The notes under the pieces were generated by a model. The model was given only the letters and a program-made list of their open reading frames with translations. It ran no database searches and was not told where the DNA came from. A stretch of DNA of 62,829 nucleotides, the filler included, from Phoronis australis (lineage: Eukaryota > Animalia > Phoronida), in assembly GCA_002633005.1 (NCBI GenBank). It is 11 parts of 11 records of this genome, joined end to end, with 100 filler letters (N's around TTAATTAATTAA, not from the genome) between each part and the next. Parts side by side here need not be neighbours in the genome. Positions count along the whole stretch, not along the records: positions 21,398 to 25,037 come from NMRA01002925.1; positions 25,138 to 28,031 come from NMRA01001797.1; positions 28,132 to 31,337 come from NMRA01003149.1; positions 31,438 to 34,130 come from NMRA01003488.1; positions 34,231 to 48,524 come from NMRA01001388.1; 6 more parts are not named here. One strand, given 5' to 3'. This document shows positions 23,061 through 35,500 of this stretch, piece by piece (the stretch's first letter is position 1; every line of letters starts with the position of its first letter). A program made the position numbers and the translations under genes.

Positions 23061-24151
23061 GTATGTTCCATCACGTTGACCTGTGAATCCAGTCCATGTA
23101 TTGGTCAATGATCCAATTATATGGTCATTGTTTGACAGTTTTATAATCATTTTTAACTTTCTAAATCAGTGCTTATTACAAACAAAATCTTGGTGTTGAA
23201 ATGCTATGAATAGCGTTTTCCTGTCAAAAACAACTCTTGTAACCAATCAATTGTGACACCTGTTACCTGTAATTGCAGAGTGGAAATATGTTTATGTAAG
23301 ACCTTCAAAAATGTCCAAATTTAGATAGCTTCAGAACAATCGCATCTCAGAAACTGCTCATCGAATTCACACAGAATTTTAACATACCATGCTTTGTACA
23401 ATGTTCTCGAAAATGGAATAGTTTTTAGGGGCTATCAAAAACAGGTCTTTTATGGTTTTTATGAAAAAATTAGATTGGCCTAAGATAAAAGTGAATCACA
23501 GTTTAGAAAGCTGGAACAGCGTTTTGAGATTTTATCTGAAATATTAAATATAAAAATTTACCTATTTTCTGGATACTGTTGTTTTCTATGAATGCACTTT
23601 TCTTCTTCATCAATTTTTCTAAACAAACATGGTCATATGACCGAATTAATAACAATTAATTCTACATAATTTCAACTTTCAAAAGGTACTTTTGCTGAGT
23701 TAAAATCTATAGTTTTTGAACATATTTGACAGACTCGTCGATAAGGTCAGGTATATAACCTTAATTAGCTATTTACGAATTGTGTTTAGGGATGTTACGT
23801 ATCAAAACGTGCGTGTTAGTTACAGATGTTTCTGATATGTATTTCTAAAAGGGAAATGCAACTCTTTTTGGTTTTAGCTTTACTTAAAGTAAAAACCCCT
23901 GATTATCATGAAGAGAATTTTTAGGCATTAATTGCTGTTTCTCTGGACTTGTGCTATTGTGAGTCAGTCAATGGATTCAAATGTTGGGCCATTTACATCA
24001 TTTTTCTACTGTTCTGTATGAATTGCAAAAGGTCAGGGAAAAAGTAATTATCCCTGAAAAATATATCTCCACAATAATCATATATTTTTATTTTATGTAA
24101 CAGTAACTTCAGGAACGTTTCCCCTTAAACTAATACATACATCATTTTCAG

Positions 24152-25037
24152 ACTGGTCATGAAAGCGTTTACGTAGCCAGGGCGTACTACCATGTGTGGC
24201 ACAACGCCACCTCTGAGGATTATGGAACGGAATTGTTTGAGTTGGAGGATCGAACACAGATGAACAATGCCGTGTGTGAAGACTATCTAGAACCTACTTG
24301 TCATGGCAACCCAGATATGCTTGACTGCGATTCTATCGACTTGTCTTTACATCACACTAATTATAGTCTTACAACTACTCCGTTGTTGAGAAAATTTTTA
24401 CAGTCGAGGCTGAAACCAAGTTCCAGCAGAGACGACTGCAGTGACACAGAAAAGTGTTTGCCATTGGAGGAAGTAGATGGCGCTGTAGGTGGAAGTGAGG
24501 AGGGCAGCCATATTGAACATGCCGTGTGTGTTAGTAATTGTGATGATCAATTAGATGACAAAAGGACAGAGTACTGCAATACGGATAATGAGAGCACATA
24601 TTCTGAAGACATTTTAGAAATGAAATTGAAGTGCAACCCCAGTTACACAGCAGAAGTTCATGACTGTAAACCACATTATTTCCAGCTCGAAAATGAAAGA
24701 CTAATTCCCACCATGGATTTGGGAGAACTGTTAACATTAGGGACAGACACTTCCAATGAGTTGCATAGTAGCAGCACTGAACTGAACTCAAGCTTCCTCA
24801 GTATTCCTACAAGTGATCACCAGAAAACGAGCTCAGAAGATTTGCAACATGCGAGTGATTGTAGTCGTGACATTAATGACTATGCCAGTTTTCTTGAAAA
24901 ATCTTTACCACTAGATGGCTCTGAGTCAAGTGGTGAAAATACTCACTCAGAATCAGGGGCATCAGGAATACATGTGTCACTGACGTCTAATGCAATGTTT
25001 GAAGAACATTCTTCTATTGATTCAGTCTTGGATGACA
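24152..25037 (+). CDS. XK-related protein, long acidic cytoplasmic-tail exon (truncated by linker)
   Basis: cattttcag| acceptor in phase 0 with the preceding exon; open frame of ~295 codons rich in S/D/E up to the contig end. Confidence 0.75.
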
Positions 25038-25709
25038 NNNNNNNNNNNNNNNNNNNNNNNNNNNNNNNNNNNNNNNNNNNNTTAATTAATTAANNNNNNN
25101 NNNNNNNNNNNNNNNNNNNNNNNNNNNNNNNNNNNNNTTGTGGCAGGGCCTACGTATTCTATTTAATATTCAAACGCTATTCTATAAAACAAACAAAATC
25201 TATGATGTGATCGATACTGGGCTGCAGAAATGAAATTGCTGTTTCACCGCCTGTCACTAGGCAAATTAAGCAATGAAGGCGCAACGATGTTATGCTGACT
25301 TTGAATTGGTCAGTGTAACAACACACATCACATATGATTAGAGCATAATCTATGACGTCAAATGGTAATTTGTGGGTTTGGCTTTAGGAAAACAGATAAA
25401 TTAGAAAGTATAAAAATCAGGCACACAAAAGGTGTATTAACTAGTCAATGTGCCACTAGCTGTACACTGCAAAACAACGCAAAAAGATTACAGAGACATA
25501 AGAATGCCAGTATACCGTTGATTTTTGTTCTCATTTTGTAACCCCGTCCCCTGCTTGTCCCTGACGTAGAAACTTGTTCGTCGCATTTATTTTCGCACAC
25601 ACACTTAAAAGAGTTCAAGGCTCTGAAAAGTAACTTCTTTTCTTGTTGTAGACCAGGGCACGGTGTAGGTCATAACCCCGAGTTGAAACCTAAGAAATTT
25701 ATATTGCAG

Positions 25710-25953
25710 GATGGATGAGGGAGAGAGTGGTCCCTTAAAACGGACAATGGACTTCATCGAGCCAGGAGACAGGGACATGAGTATGATCCCGCCGTTGGAC
25801 CCTTTTTGGGCTCAAATCATCGAGTGCTGGCATTGCGGCGGTCGACCATGTGAAGTTGACCACGAACAAGAGAGAGCTGTACGAATAGCGGATATGCAAT
25901 TTGTCCGAGACATTGTCAGTGACAAGCGAGACTTAGAGAATCAAGTCGCCAAG
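25710..25953 (+). CDS. Putative coding exon of unknown gene with a CxxCxxxPC motif
   Basis: atattgcag| acceptor, aag|gtaaat donor, open frame, GC-richer than flanks; ECWHCGGRPC. Confidence 0.45.
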
Positions 25954-26194
25954 GTAAATTGATTGCCTTAGTCATAAAATGTAACCAAAACCTTTCAGTG
26001 AAATATAAGAGTGAAGTGACCAACCAAGTTGGGCTGCGGACATCATAAGATCAATTTAACGACAAGAAGTGCTTCATGTACTTCTTTCAATACGAAAATC
26101 AGATGATCGAAAGTGTTGCTTTACGTCATATTTGGCCCATTTGCCCACTTGGGCAGATAAGCAAGCCTACGGCTGTGATTACAACGGCTCGCTG

Positions 26195-26312
26195 TGTGAT
26201 GAGGTAAAAAATGTTGGGTCTTTGATTTGTGTATTGTGGTAACTATGCGACACAGCGGTTGAAAGGGTTAGGATAGGTGCGTATACTTTCAGGTTGTGCA
26301 GTAATGTTCTTT
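26195..26312. repeat. 118-bp direct repeat flanking the LINE (second copy 27140-27257); candidate TSD
   Basis: Identical tgtgatgagg...gtaatgttcttt on both sides of the element. Confidence 0.9.
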
Positions 26313-27139
26313 TTTTTTTTTTTTTTTTTTTCTCTNGCAGTGTACATAACTTGAAATCATAGGTAGTTTTAAAAGACATTGAATATAATTTTTTCCAGTC
26401 ATCACTTCGAAAGTTATAACCTTCCTTTTGAAATTTTTTTTGGGCAATAGGCAAAATGTTGTTGTGGCAGACACTTTCATATATCATTTTACATATTGAT
26501 GTGCAGTTTAAAAAATTACGGATATTAAAAGGTATTATTGGTCCATATATCTTAATTAACTGCATTTGTAATGGTGTTCTCCTCAGAAACGACCTAACAG
26601 ACTCAATCAGAGAACAATATTCCAAAAAGTTTGTAGATATGTTCGAGATCTTTTTGAATTCAGTAAATGAGTAAAATCTATTATTTTCATCAAGTAGGTC
26701 ATTAATAAAAAGAACACCACCACTAGCATACTTGCTAAAGAAGATAGATTTTCTGTCTATTAGTATTTCATCGTTATGCCATAAACTTGTTGAGAGTAAA
26801 TCGTTCGCATCTTTATGGGGCTGTTTACTAATGAAAAAAGACCAGTTACTTAGAACTTCGTTCCAAAAAGGATTGATTACATCAGTATGGTATTTAATAA
26901 AAACATTTCCAAAATTTATAATATTTGACTTTGCAATCCCTGTTTCAAGTTCAAACAATTTCACCCATTTTGATTCAGAATTAAGTAATCTCTTTATCCA
27001 TGAAATTTTTATAGCCTTGTTAAAAAGAATAATATTTAACATTTTAACTCCCCCTTCCTCATAAGTTTTGATTAACACATCTCTCTTCACGCTCTCAACT
27101 TTGTTATTCCAAATAAACTTAAAAATGCTTGCATTCAAT
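26313..27139 (-). mobile_element. 5'-truncated L1/Tx1-clade LINE (ORF2 post-RT region plus poly-A tail)
   Basis: IFKFIWNNK...VKRDVL...EEGGVKM...ISWIKRLL...LWHN typical of L1/Tx1 ORF2; poly-T at ~26313-26331; n at 26336 hides the 3' part. Confidence 0.92.
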
Positions 27140-28281
27140 TGTGATGAGGTAAAAAATGTTGGGTCTTTGATTTGTGTATTGTGGTAACTATGCGACACAG
27201 CGGTTGAAAGGGTTAGGATAGGTGCGTATACTTTCAGGTTGTGCAGTAATGTTCTTTCCATCGATATTGCCACTACCCAGAATTGTTCTGGCTACGTGTG
27301 CTGCACCATGTTTGAAAAGCTCTGTGTCTTTCAACCATGTAAGCAAAGTCTGAATTTTGCCTGCTCCACATGACAAGTGATTTAAATAGTCTTGCATTAT
27401 TCTACTTATTTTTGCTGTAAAAATGACACCTACTTGGTCACCATGGATTAATCTGAATTAGCAGAAAGGAAGAATAGAAGACGCGCAGTTTTCATCATGT
27501 TTGAATTTTTGATCGATTCAGCAAGAACTCTGATTTGGTTCAATCTTTTGCCTGAACAAATTGACTGTCTACTTGCTGTTGTCAAGACACATTTCGTTAG
27601 GGTAAATCTTTTCACGGTAGTTTATGTTCACCAAGATCTTTTGGATCTCTCCTTGTCAGTGAAATATTTCGTCGTGGACTAATTGCCGACGCTTTTAACC
27701 AGTCGCCAGGACCTTTGAAATTCAAGTGAAAAGCCAAATGCAAGAATAATCTATATGGTTCTATTTTCGGCACATTTCTACAAATCCCATCTTACGTGGA
27801 TGTCAACCAACTGGTTAGATGTACACGTTACTCCATCTTCACTTATCAAAGGGCCACGAGAGGGAGTATGTATCGGGTTGTTTTAGATTTGACGTAACTC
27901 GCAAATCCATGTTTTTTAAGTTATTAGCAGATATGGAAGCTACAAAAGCAAAGGAAAAATTGTGGGAGCTGGAAAAGTTTGCGGTAAGGACAGACGGGTT
28001 ACATTGACACGCTTTACACCGCGCATGCGGGNNNNNNNNNNNNNNNNNNNNNNNNNNNNNNNNNNNNNNNNNNNNTTAATTAATTAANNNNNNNNNNNNN
28101 NNNNNNNNNNNNNNNNNNNNNNNNNNNNNNNTCCAGAATCAGGAAATTTCAATTTAACTTTGAATTCCGCTTTACTTATTTTGACAGACTGTCATAATTT
28201 TAAGAATTTGTTCTGTTGTGAATTTTGGATTTCTGATGTTGGTGTTGTCATTTCATTAAATGCCGTGTATATTTTATTCAG

Positions 28282-28619
28282 AAGCTGTGGATGAGTCAAG
28301 AATTGAACAAGAACGAGACAGGACTTGGAGACTGATGAACGAACAGACGAGGACTGCGTACGGTGAATCGTATCACAAGTACATCTTTGACACATACATC
28401 AAAATGAAACGGTCTCTAGCCAAAGACATTAGTCCCGTTGTTCGGGCTATGCGAAGCGGTCTGTTGTCCAAGCGTCCAAGGGAGAAGTATCCATGTGGAG
28501 CGGGGGCGGAGTCCCTTCTGTCTTTGATGCCAATATTGCCAATATGGTTATCGGATAAATTAACAAGGGTGATATCCCCCTTCGGGGAACAAAAACCTGT
28601 CCTTCTTAGCCAATCATAA
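28282..28619 (+). CDS. Last exon of a short-chain dehydrogenase/reductase (SDR9C: BDH1/RDH/HSD17B6-like)
   Basis: ttttattcag| acceptor; W..MNEQTRTAYGESY...DISPVVRAM..GLLSKRPREKYPCG...LP.WLSD; AATAAA at 28691. Confidence 0.85.
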
Positions 28620-28879
28620 TATTGGTGTTTCACCTGTAAAACGAGGATTAAAAACTCATTGATACGTATGCGAACATTGTCTTATTGTTCAATAAAATTG
28701 ATATTACTGTGTATTAAATCATTGTTCTCCGCTGTCCAGGTGATAAAACACCAAACAAATGTTTAGATAACATCAGAAATTAAACTACCAGTTGAGAGTG
28801 TGCTCCTGGGAATTCTTTATGATTTTAAGTGATTTGGATAGATTATGATAGTTTTAATTTCACCAGCGGTGAACATTAA

Positions 28880-29420
28880 TTTCAGTTATAACTGACCACC
28901 ACTGTTGTGGTAACAAATTGTTCCTCTGGACCACTCATGTGGTAGGGTGTAGTAAGTACTGGACATCTCATGCGCGCACCCAGAGGGGGCTTGGGGCTCG
29001 AACGAGCCTCTTCCTTTGACGAAGTAGGCAAAAAGGTCAGCCTCAGAGAAACAAAAAGTCCGAGAAAAGGAGACTAAAGTTCACAGGAATTCGGCATGAA
29101 TCACAATTCATAGGTCTGAACCTAGTACCCTGTTTTTTAGTCCTGGTTTTCTTTTTTCAGTAAAAGAGATACATACCGGAAAATTCGAGCCCCCTCCCCT
29201 ATATTTTAGGCTGAAAATTCTAGCCCCCCCCCCTACAGTTTAGGCTGGGTGCGCGCATGCATCTTGATGGGATTTGATTGTCGGTGGGATTCTCTGGGTC
29301 TCTCAACCTTCAAGTCCTGGGGTTTCTGAGTAGATATCTTTCTATGCTCCAGGTGGTTGTGTATGGCAGAATCACCTGTCTTGTGATCAGAATCTCAATG
29401 CCTACCAATCGAGTCCTTGA
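28880..29420 (-). mobile_element. Penelope-like GIY-YIG endonuclease 3' remnant interrupted by the MITE
   Basis: Minus-strand DHKTGDSAIHNHL...RQSNPIK..DVQYLLHP resembles the PLE EH...SAIxxH...PxLNRD region; heavily degraded. Confidence 0.4.
28969..29259. mobile_element. MITE with CATGCGCGCACCCAG TIRs and 5-bp TSD (hAT5-like)
   Basis: CATCT|catgcgcgcacccag ... ctgggtgcgcgcatg|CATCT. Confidence 0.85.
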
Positions 29421-31079
29421 CAAAACGCAGTATTTATCCTTTCACAATTAGCCAAACAGTGAAGGATTTATTCAATTTTTATGAAAAACTCGAATACTTT
29501 CAAACATTGCGATTTGATTTGTCTGACCAAAACGATGGCAATGAACTGGAGTGAGTACGTTTGCCAGTGTTATACAACGTACTGATCTGCATGTTCACTT
29601 AATCCAGCTGTAGCATTGGTGGGACTTTAGTCAGAACCTGTTCCGGCTTTTCGTCAGGACTGTACAACATGTTGAGTGTGTAAAAGTCACCCTTTTGAAA
29701 ATCTGTTAACATGAGAAGCATATGTTTGTTTTTAATGTCTGTGTGGTGAGAAAACGTTTGGAGAAATTTGGAGCAATTACTGAATAGGAACTTCAATGTA
29801 AACAGGGGAAGTAATTACCACATTACTTCTTGGGTTTACACTGCTTATGCCACCAAGCATGTGGGTGACATTGCCACCTCACGGGCAGCATTTGAGCGCC
29901 AATATAGCAAATGACAGGTGAATGGGTGGACTTTTAAGAAAGGCGACTGGGCTTACTGGTGTCCCACATTTGAACAATCTGTAAGCTAAGTCATTAGCTT
30001 CTTATTTTATTAGCATTTATCCATTTATTTGCGGCAAACGAGTCAAAGTGAACGTTGAGAAAAAGGGACACTTTTAGCAATTNCATTGTTTTGAAAAAAG
30101 TTTCTGTTAGGCATAGGATGTCATTGAATTTCAATGAAAGTTGGGACGCCTTTCAAATGGGAAGGCGGACCCACAGAATCGGAAGTAAGGGTTGTGATGG
30201 ATGAAAGATGTTGTCAAAGTAACGCCTTTGTTCGATTCATTAGCACGCTTTTTAAGCTTTATAAAACTGAATGAGATGACTATAAGTGGACATTGTTAGT
30301 GAAACCCCAGCAACACTGTATAAATTCAAATGGCCAAATTAACGTAATGCAGTTATGAGGTCACTGTATTTTTAAGACGTACATATGAATTTTATTTTTC
30401 AGTTATTCGTGCGGGTCAAGTTAGTGTTGATTTGACAAATTTGGTAGGCCTAGAGTTTGACACTCGCGGACACGATGAATACCGTGACTGAGCGGTTTTA
30501 GTAACGCAATTATGGTCACGGGGAACCGAAGTTAATATTAGAGCGTCCTTTTTATAGTCACTAGTCAAATGAAGAAAATGCTCGCCCTTCTTATCACAAC
30601 TTCCCATTTTGGGTTACGTCCTCCCCATTTCTTGTCCGTTCTCTCAGTTGGGTCAGTACTTCTCATGTCTTGTCCGTCCTCGTAGCTGGGTCGGTCCTAG
30701 TCAGTGAAAGTTCATTCTTCCTGTGACCAGCGCCGTAAACTACGTGACACGTTTGAATATTTTAATCACTAAGGGATATTACATGTAGGTCGTGTTATTG
30801 TTTGCCATTGGTTCGGCAATTTATCTTAAATATACATTTCGTCAGTATGTAGTTGTCAGGAAACAAAACTGGAAGCTATCAGGGATTAGAGAAATCTCTT
30901 GGTCAGATTTCAGTACTCTGTGAGGTTGATCAAGTCAGTCTAAATTGCAAATACGAAGATGGCGTATCTTCGCATGCATTGCCCGTGCTGGGCTTGAAAT
31001 TTTCCGGCTCACTCATCAGCAATGCGAGAAATGCTCAAACCATAAGCTGTAGTGAACTTAGAAAACAATTATCAATGTG

Positions 31080-31334
31080 CATGTGCGCACCCAGCCTTCA
31101 ATATGGGGGGCCCGAATTGTCCTGACGTTGTGGACCTTTTTGGTAACAAAATAGCCGGCGGACTAAAATAAAAAAAATAACGGACGCACCTCTTTGATTT
31201 GTGCGTTTTGTCTTGTTTAGTGGGCTTTTGTCTCATTTTCTCGGACTTTTGTTTCTCGCAGGCGGACCTTTTTGCCCACCTCGCTTAATGGGGGGCTCAT
31301 TCGAGCCCCCCGTGACTCCCTGGGTGCGCGCATG
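31080..31334. mobile_element. Second CATG(C/T)GCGCACCCAG-TIR MITE
   Basis: ATGTG|catgtgcgcacccag ... ctgggtgcgcgcatg|ATG then linker; consistent with a 5-bp TSD. Confidence 0.8.
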
Positions 31335-31437
31335 ATGNNNNNNNNNNNNNNNNNNNNNNNNNNNNNNNNNNNNNNNNNNNNTTAATTAATTAANNNNNNN
31401 NNNNNNNNNNNNNNNNNNNNNNNNNNNNNNNNNNNNN

Positions 31438-31588
31438 CCAGGATTTTGAGTTGGGGGGCCAGGGCAGAGTATTAGCCAGGATAGGATTTTGCCTGTCAGA
31501 TGTTCGCATCCCCGTACTGCCAAATGGAATCTGGGAGAATTTTAGGGGGGGCCATGGCCCCCTTGGCCCCCCTCTAAATCCGCCACTG
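31438..31588. mobile_element. hAT-type MITE in the intron after the EDEM1 exon (relatives at ~61500-61642 and 62736-62829)
   Basis: Ends aaatccgccactg; body is the inverse of cagtggcggattcaaagagggggg...ctcccagattccatttggc at 62736 and of 61580-61635. Confidence 0.75.
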
Positions 31589-31619
31589 GGCACTGCCTAC
31601 AGCTGCAGCTGCAAATTAC

Positions 31620-31873
31620 CTGTTGTTAACATCTGGACCTCTTCCCTTGCAGTAAATGGGATTGAGTTCATCCTGGGGAAAAGCGTACTTCATGTAGTTG
31701 TCGTACCCAAACTGAAACATCTGTCTCGCCTCCTCACGCATAGCAATCCTCTCCGATTCAGAGAAATGCGAATACTTGCCATGCAGTGGATTTTTAACGT
31801 CGCCGAAGTAATAGCCAAGGCTAAAGTTAAAAGCGAACGCGGCACATAGATAACACAGACAAAGATGTTTCAT
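31620..31873 (-). CDS. EDEM1: ER degradation-enhancing alpha-mannosidase-like protein 1, first coding exon
   Basis: Signal-like N-terminus, then [37 protein letters not shown] (GH47 EDEM1 signature); AG|GTAATT donor. Confidence 0.9.
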
Positions 31874-32515
31874 ATCTGATGTTTTTCGGATGCATTTAGT
31901 TTCGCTCCCCTTTCATCAACCGGCAAACAAAAACTAACTAAAACACTGAGTTTTGTCAACAGTCCATCTTGAAACCTTAACCTAATAACAGCTTTTTGGT
32001 ATCACTTCGCCGCAAATAGTTGCAAATTTAGTCTCTTTTTCTTTCATGTCATCCATAGTAACGTAAATTCTGACACTCTTAAACAAGTGTGAAATATGTT
32101 TTCAAATAATTTTTCAATACCTCAGTATAAGATTAAAGTTATTACTAGGCTTAAAAATGAATTTTTTGCGCATGGATATACAAGATGAAGATATAGGTCA
32201 AATTTGTAGTCCAATCAATCGTCACCAAATCTCACGCCCTTCTCAAACTTACGTCGATATTGTAAATTAACATACTGAAAAAAACAACAGAAATCTGTTT
32301 TAAGGAGACGATAAATAAGTACCTAAAACATGGTTGAATTTTTTGTGTACGCCAGGTAGCTCACATCGATATTTTACTGGAACACGTGAGTAAATGTTAC
32401 TATTATAGTGCCACATGTAGTAAAGGGGTCTTGGGTTCTATCAAAAACGAATGCTGTCTCTGGTTATATTGATGTAGTAAACAGAGTAAATATCTCTATG
32501 TTCTCTGTGTAACAG

Positions 32516-32574
32516 TAACATACACTATGGATTCCGGTATTCATGAAGATTCTGTCAGTGTTTTCATGGCGAAG
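32516..32574 (+). CDS. Possible small exon (MDSGIHEDSVSVFMAK) of a gene divergent from EDEM1
   Basis: ttctctgtgtaacag| acceptor, ATG at 32527, strong aag|gtaagt donor; no recognisable homology. Confidence 0.25.
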
Positions 32575-35500
32575 GTAAGTGCTGATAAGTGGCTAATTGC
32601 AAGTGGGGACTTGGTCCCTTGTAGCCAGCCACAGCTAGCATGATGACTGTCGTCAAAATACAGCTAGTTACCACTGTGTGTATTTCTTCCGTAGACCCCA
32701 ATTTTGCACACAGCCAGGGTAGTTCTGCTCATCGCCTCGCCATGAAACTTGTATCACAATGTAAAGCTAAAGACTGGACGGAGTGCATGCAAAATCTGGG
32801 AATCAACGGATACTCACCTTGCCCGTTGTAGTCGTTTAAGTGAAAAATAATGCTTTGAGTGAAAAATAATGCAATAAACGTCATTTTCTTGCGTAACTCT
32901 CTGCCTTTTGTAACAATGAAAAGAATGTTGCCGTTTTGAAAACAGTACGCTCATGTCACGCGCACCCGCCATTTCCTAAATTTTTGCGACATCTCTCGAA
33001 AGATGATGATAGCTTGGCAGCAGCAAAATTTCTTCTGAAATTCAGTTCTTCGGTATCAAAATTCTAAAAACTTATAATGAAGCAGACCTGTGTACCATAT
33101 GCAAAAAATGCGGATTCGTACGGAAATCAAGCGTCCAGTACGCAAGTACGCACGGCCAGGCAAAAATACGCAAATTCAGCAAATTCAAAATAGATTATTA
33201 ATTTGCTTGCTTCTTGCAGATTTATAGTCTAAACAGATGAGGAAGAAGATTTTAAAGTTAGAAATGAAAAAAAGATATTGTAAAATCATTATTTTAGTTA
33301 AAAAGTTGAACTACAAACTCGGAAAACTTCCTTGTTTCATTCTCGAAATGGCCTGATAATCGGCAAATCGCGAGTCCTCATCTATCGGCATGTGTTTCAC
33401 AGGCTTAACCTATAAGCAACGACTTCTGTGATTTGTGGATTGCTTACTTCGTCTGATTCCGGCTATATACGGCTAAATACGTACTGTTGACAAAATGGCA
33501 AAGCACGTGTGGTCACATATTCCGAGCTGTCAAGAAAGTACGGTAGATTCAGATTGAAGCTGTCATCATCTCTTGAATTATGATGTAAAAAATGTAGTAA
33601 GTGATGCGTGCGCGTGTCATATGTATACTTTCCAAGTCAAAGCTGCACAATACTCTAAGAAAATGTTTTTTGCTATCAGTTTCGGCCATTTAAAAGAAAT
33701 ACAATTTAATGAATATCGTTTTCTTTTATCGTTCCCCTCTTTTGTAACAAAGAAAATTCACGTCAATTTCAAAACAGTGGTTCCTGACATGGACCATTTA
33801 CTCCATTTTTAATTTGGTGAAGTGATATCTTTGGGGAGATTGTGACACGTTTGCCATTGAAAGAAAAATTTCTTCTGAATTTCGTTCACTTGTAATAAAA
33901 TACTGAAAACTACTGATGAAGGGAAACTAGTTCTCATAATTGGCCTATCGCAAGCTCCGTCCCCCTGTCAACAAACAAACAATAAATTTTACCCGGCAAT
34001 GAATTGTTTATCACGTAAAATGGTGACTTGGAAAGTTAACGAAGGTGTGTCAAGAATGCTGTGTTGTGACTGATCAGTTAAGCCGTCACTCAAACTCCTG
34101 GCGATTGGTCAATTTGTCGTGAACAGTACGNNNNNNNNNNNNNNNNNNNNNNNNNNNNNNNNNNNNNNNNNNNNTTAATTAATTAANNNNNNNNNNNNNN
34201 NNNNNNNNNNNNNNNNNNNNNNNNNNNNNNCTACTAAGTCCCATCAGAGTATTTTGCAAACTTCAGCCCAAATTGAAATAATGTACTAATTTAACAATTG
34301 ACTAATAAAAACACATGATCTTATCCAATCATATTATTGCCTGTTACGATTTGCTCTCACAAATTTCTAGAATCTTTAGAGTGCATTGACCCCAAACCAA
34401 GGTGATAAACATCATCTAAAAATAGATCTTGATGTCAGTTTATATATGTAAACAAGTTTGACCCCATGGTTTTAAAGTAAATATGCACAAATTTTGGGCA
34501 ACTTAAAATGGAACTATCTGTACTAATTACGTAATCAATATGTATTCCGACACACTCCAGGTTCAGTCCCTATTAGTTACATGATGCTGTTGTTAAGCTA
34601 CATGTAACCCAAAAATATTATTCCCGTCGATTACGAGAACCAGTAACCGCTATCGCAGTTTTCATATTTGAAAAAGGTATTTTCCCAAAAACAAAACATG
34701 GAAATCTTGATTAACTGGAACACGTTTGTTAGCGTGTGAGTGTGTGTGGTGTGAATGTCTCTCGGTCTGTATTTCATATCAATACCATCACAAATTGTCA
34801 TTGTTTCTTCACTATTGCAGACTTTTTGATTAAACTTGGTGGTATTAACGTGTCCACAAGTTGCATATCTAATATAGATACACTGTGACTTCTTTCTTTT
34901 TCATAAACGCTAGTCTCATATTGTTTACAGTGTATACACGAACGGATTGTTACTGTAGCAAGCTTTATCAGACTTGTTGAAGTTACTGCTCATTGGAAAT
35001 TGCAAATTTTTGCTGTGTGTACTATACTATCAACTCTACATGTATCTGTCTGTCCGTCTATTTATTTAAGCGCTATTTGTCCTTTTACCTGCCTGTCACT
35101 CTATAGACCTTATTACCTCCAGTCTACCACGTGTACTGTATATTCATTCACCTACAACGTACAGGCACGTAACTTTCTACATATTCACGCAACTATGTAA
35201 TTCTTTCTACTTTTCTTTCTTCTACGCAAATTATCTGCCTGTCTGTTTATCTGTTTGCCCGCCTGTGTGCTTTGGGTCTGATACACAATGGAATGAATAC
35301 TCTTGACCGTTCCCACGTAATATCAGTTAATTCTGTGGAAAAAAAACACGCAAAACATAGGAGTGTGGCGTTTTTGGTGGGACTGAGAAAATTGGCATCG
35401 CTAGACATCCATGGTCAAAAGAAGTGGTGTGCCCGTTTCAAACCCCGACAAAGGCAGAAGGTGAGCAGGCATCAAAACATTTCGCAATTATTTTACACAG

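Noticed and set aside
26179-27273. 364-aa ORF with a repeated peptide at both ends
   Set aside because: Chimera of the duplicated target, the LINE fragment, an N join and the poly-A tail; not a real protein
27258-27900. Minus-strand peptides faintly resembling a Mab-21/cGAS-like C-terminus (SWRL, NMMKTA, IMQDYLNHLSCG)
   Set aside because: Many stops and frameshifts and no catalytic motif visible; needs a profile search before any claim
33912-33937. Minimal hammerhead-like string ctgatgaagggaaactagttc
   Set aside because: No stem II or convincing stem I; lies in a degenerate direct repeat (~32880-33080 vs ~33715-33920) whose other copy lacks the core
21398-34130. XKR-SDR-EDEM1 gene cluster
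   Set aside because: Each gene is on a different contig separated by artificial linkers
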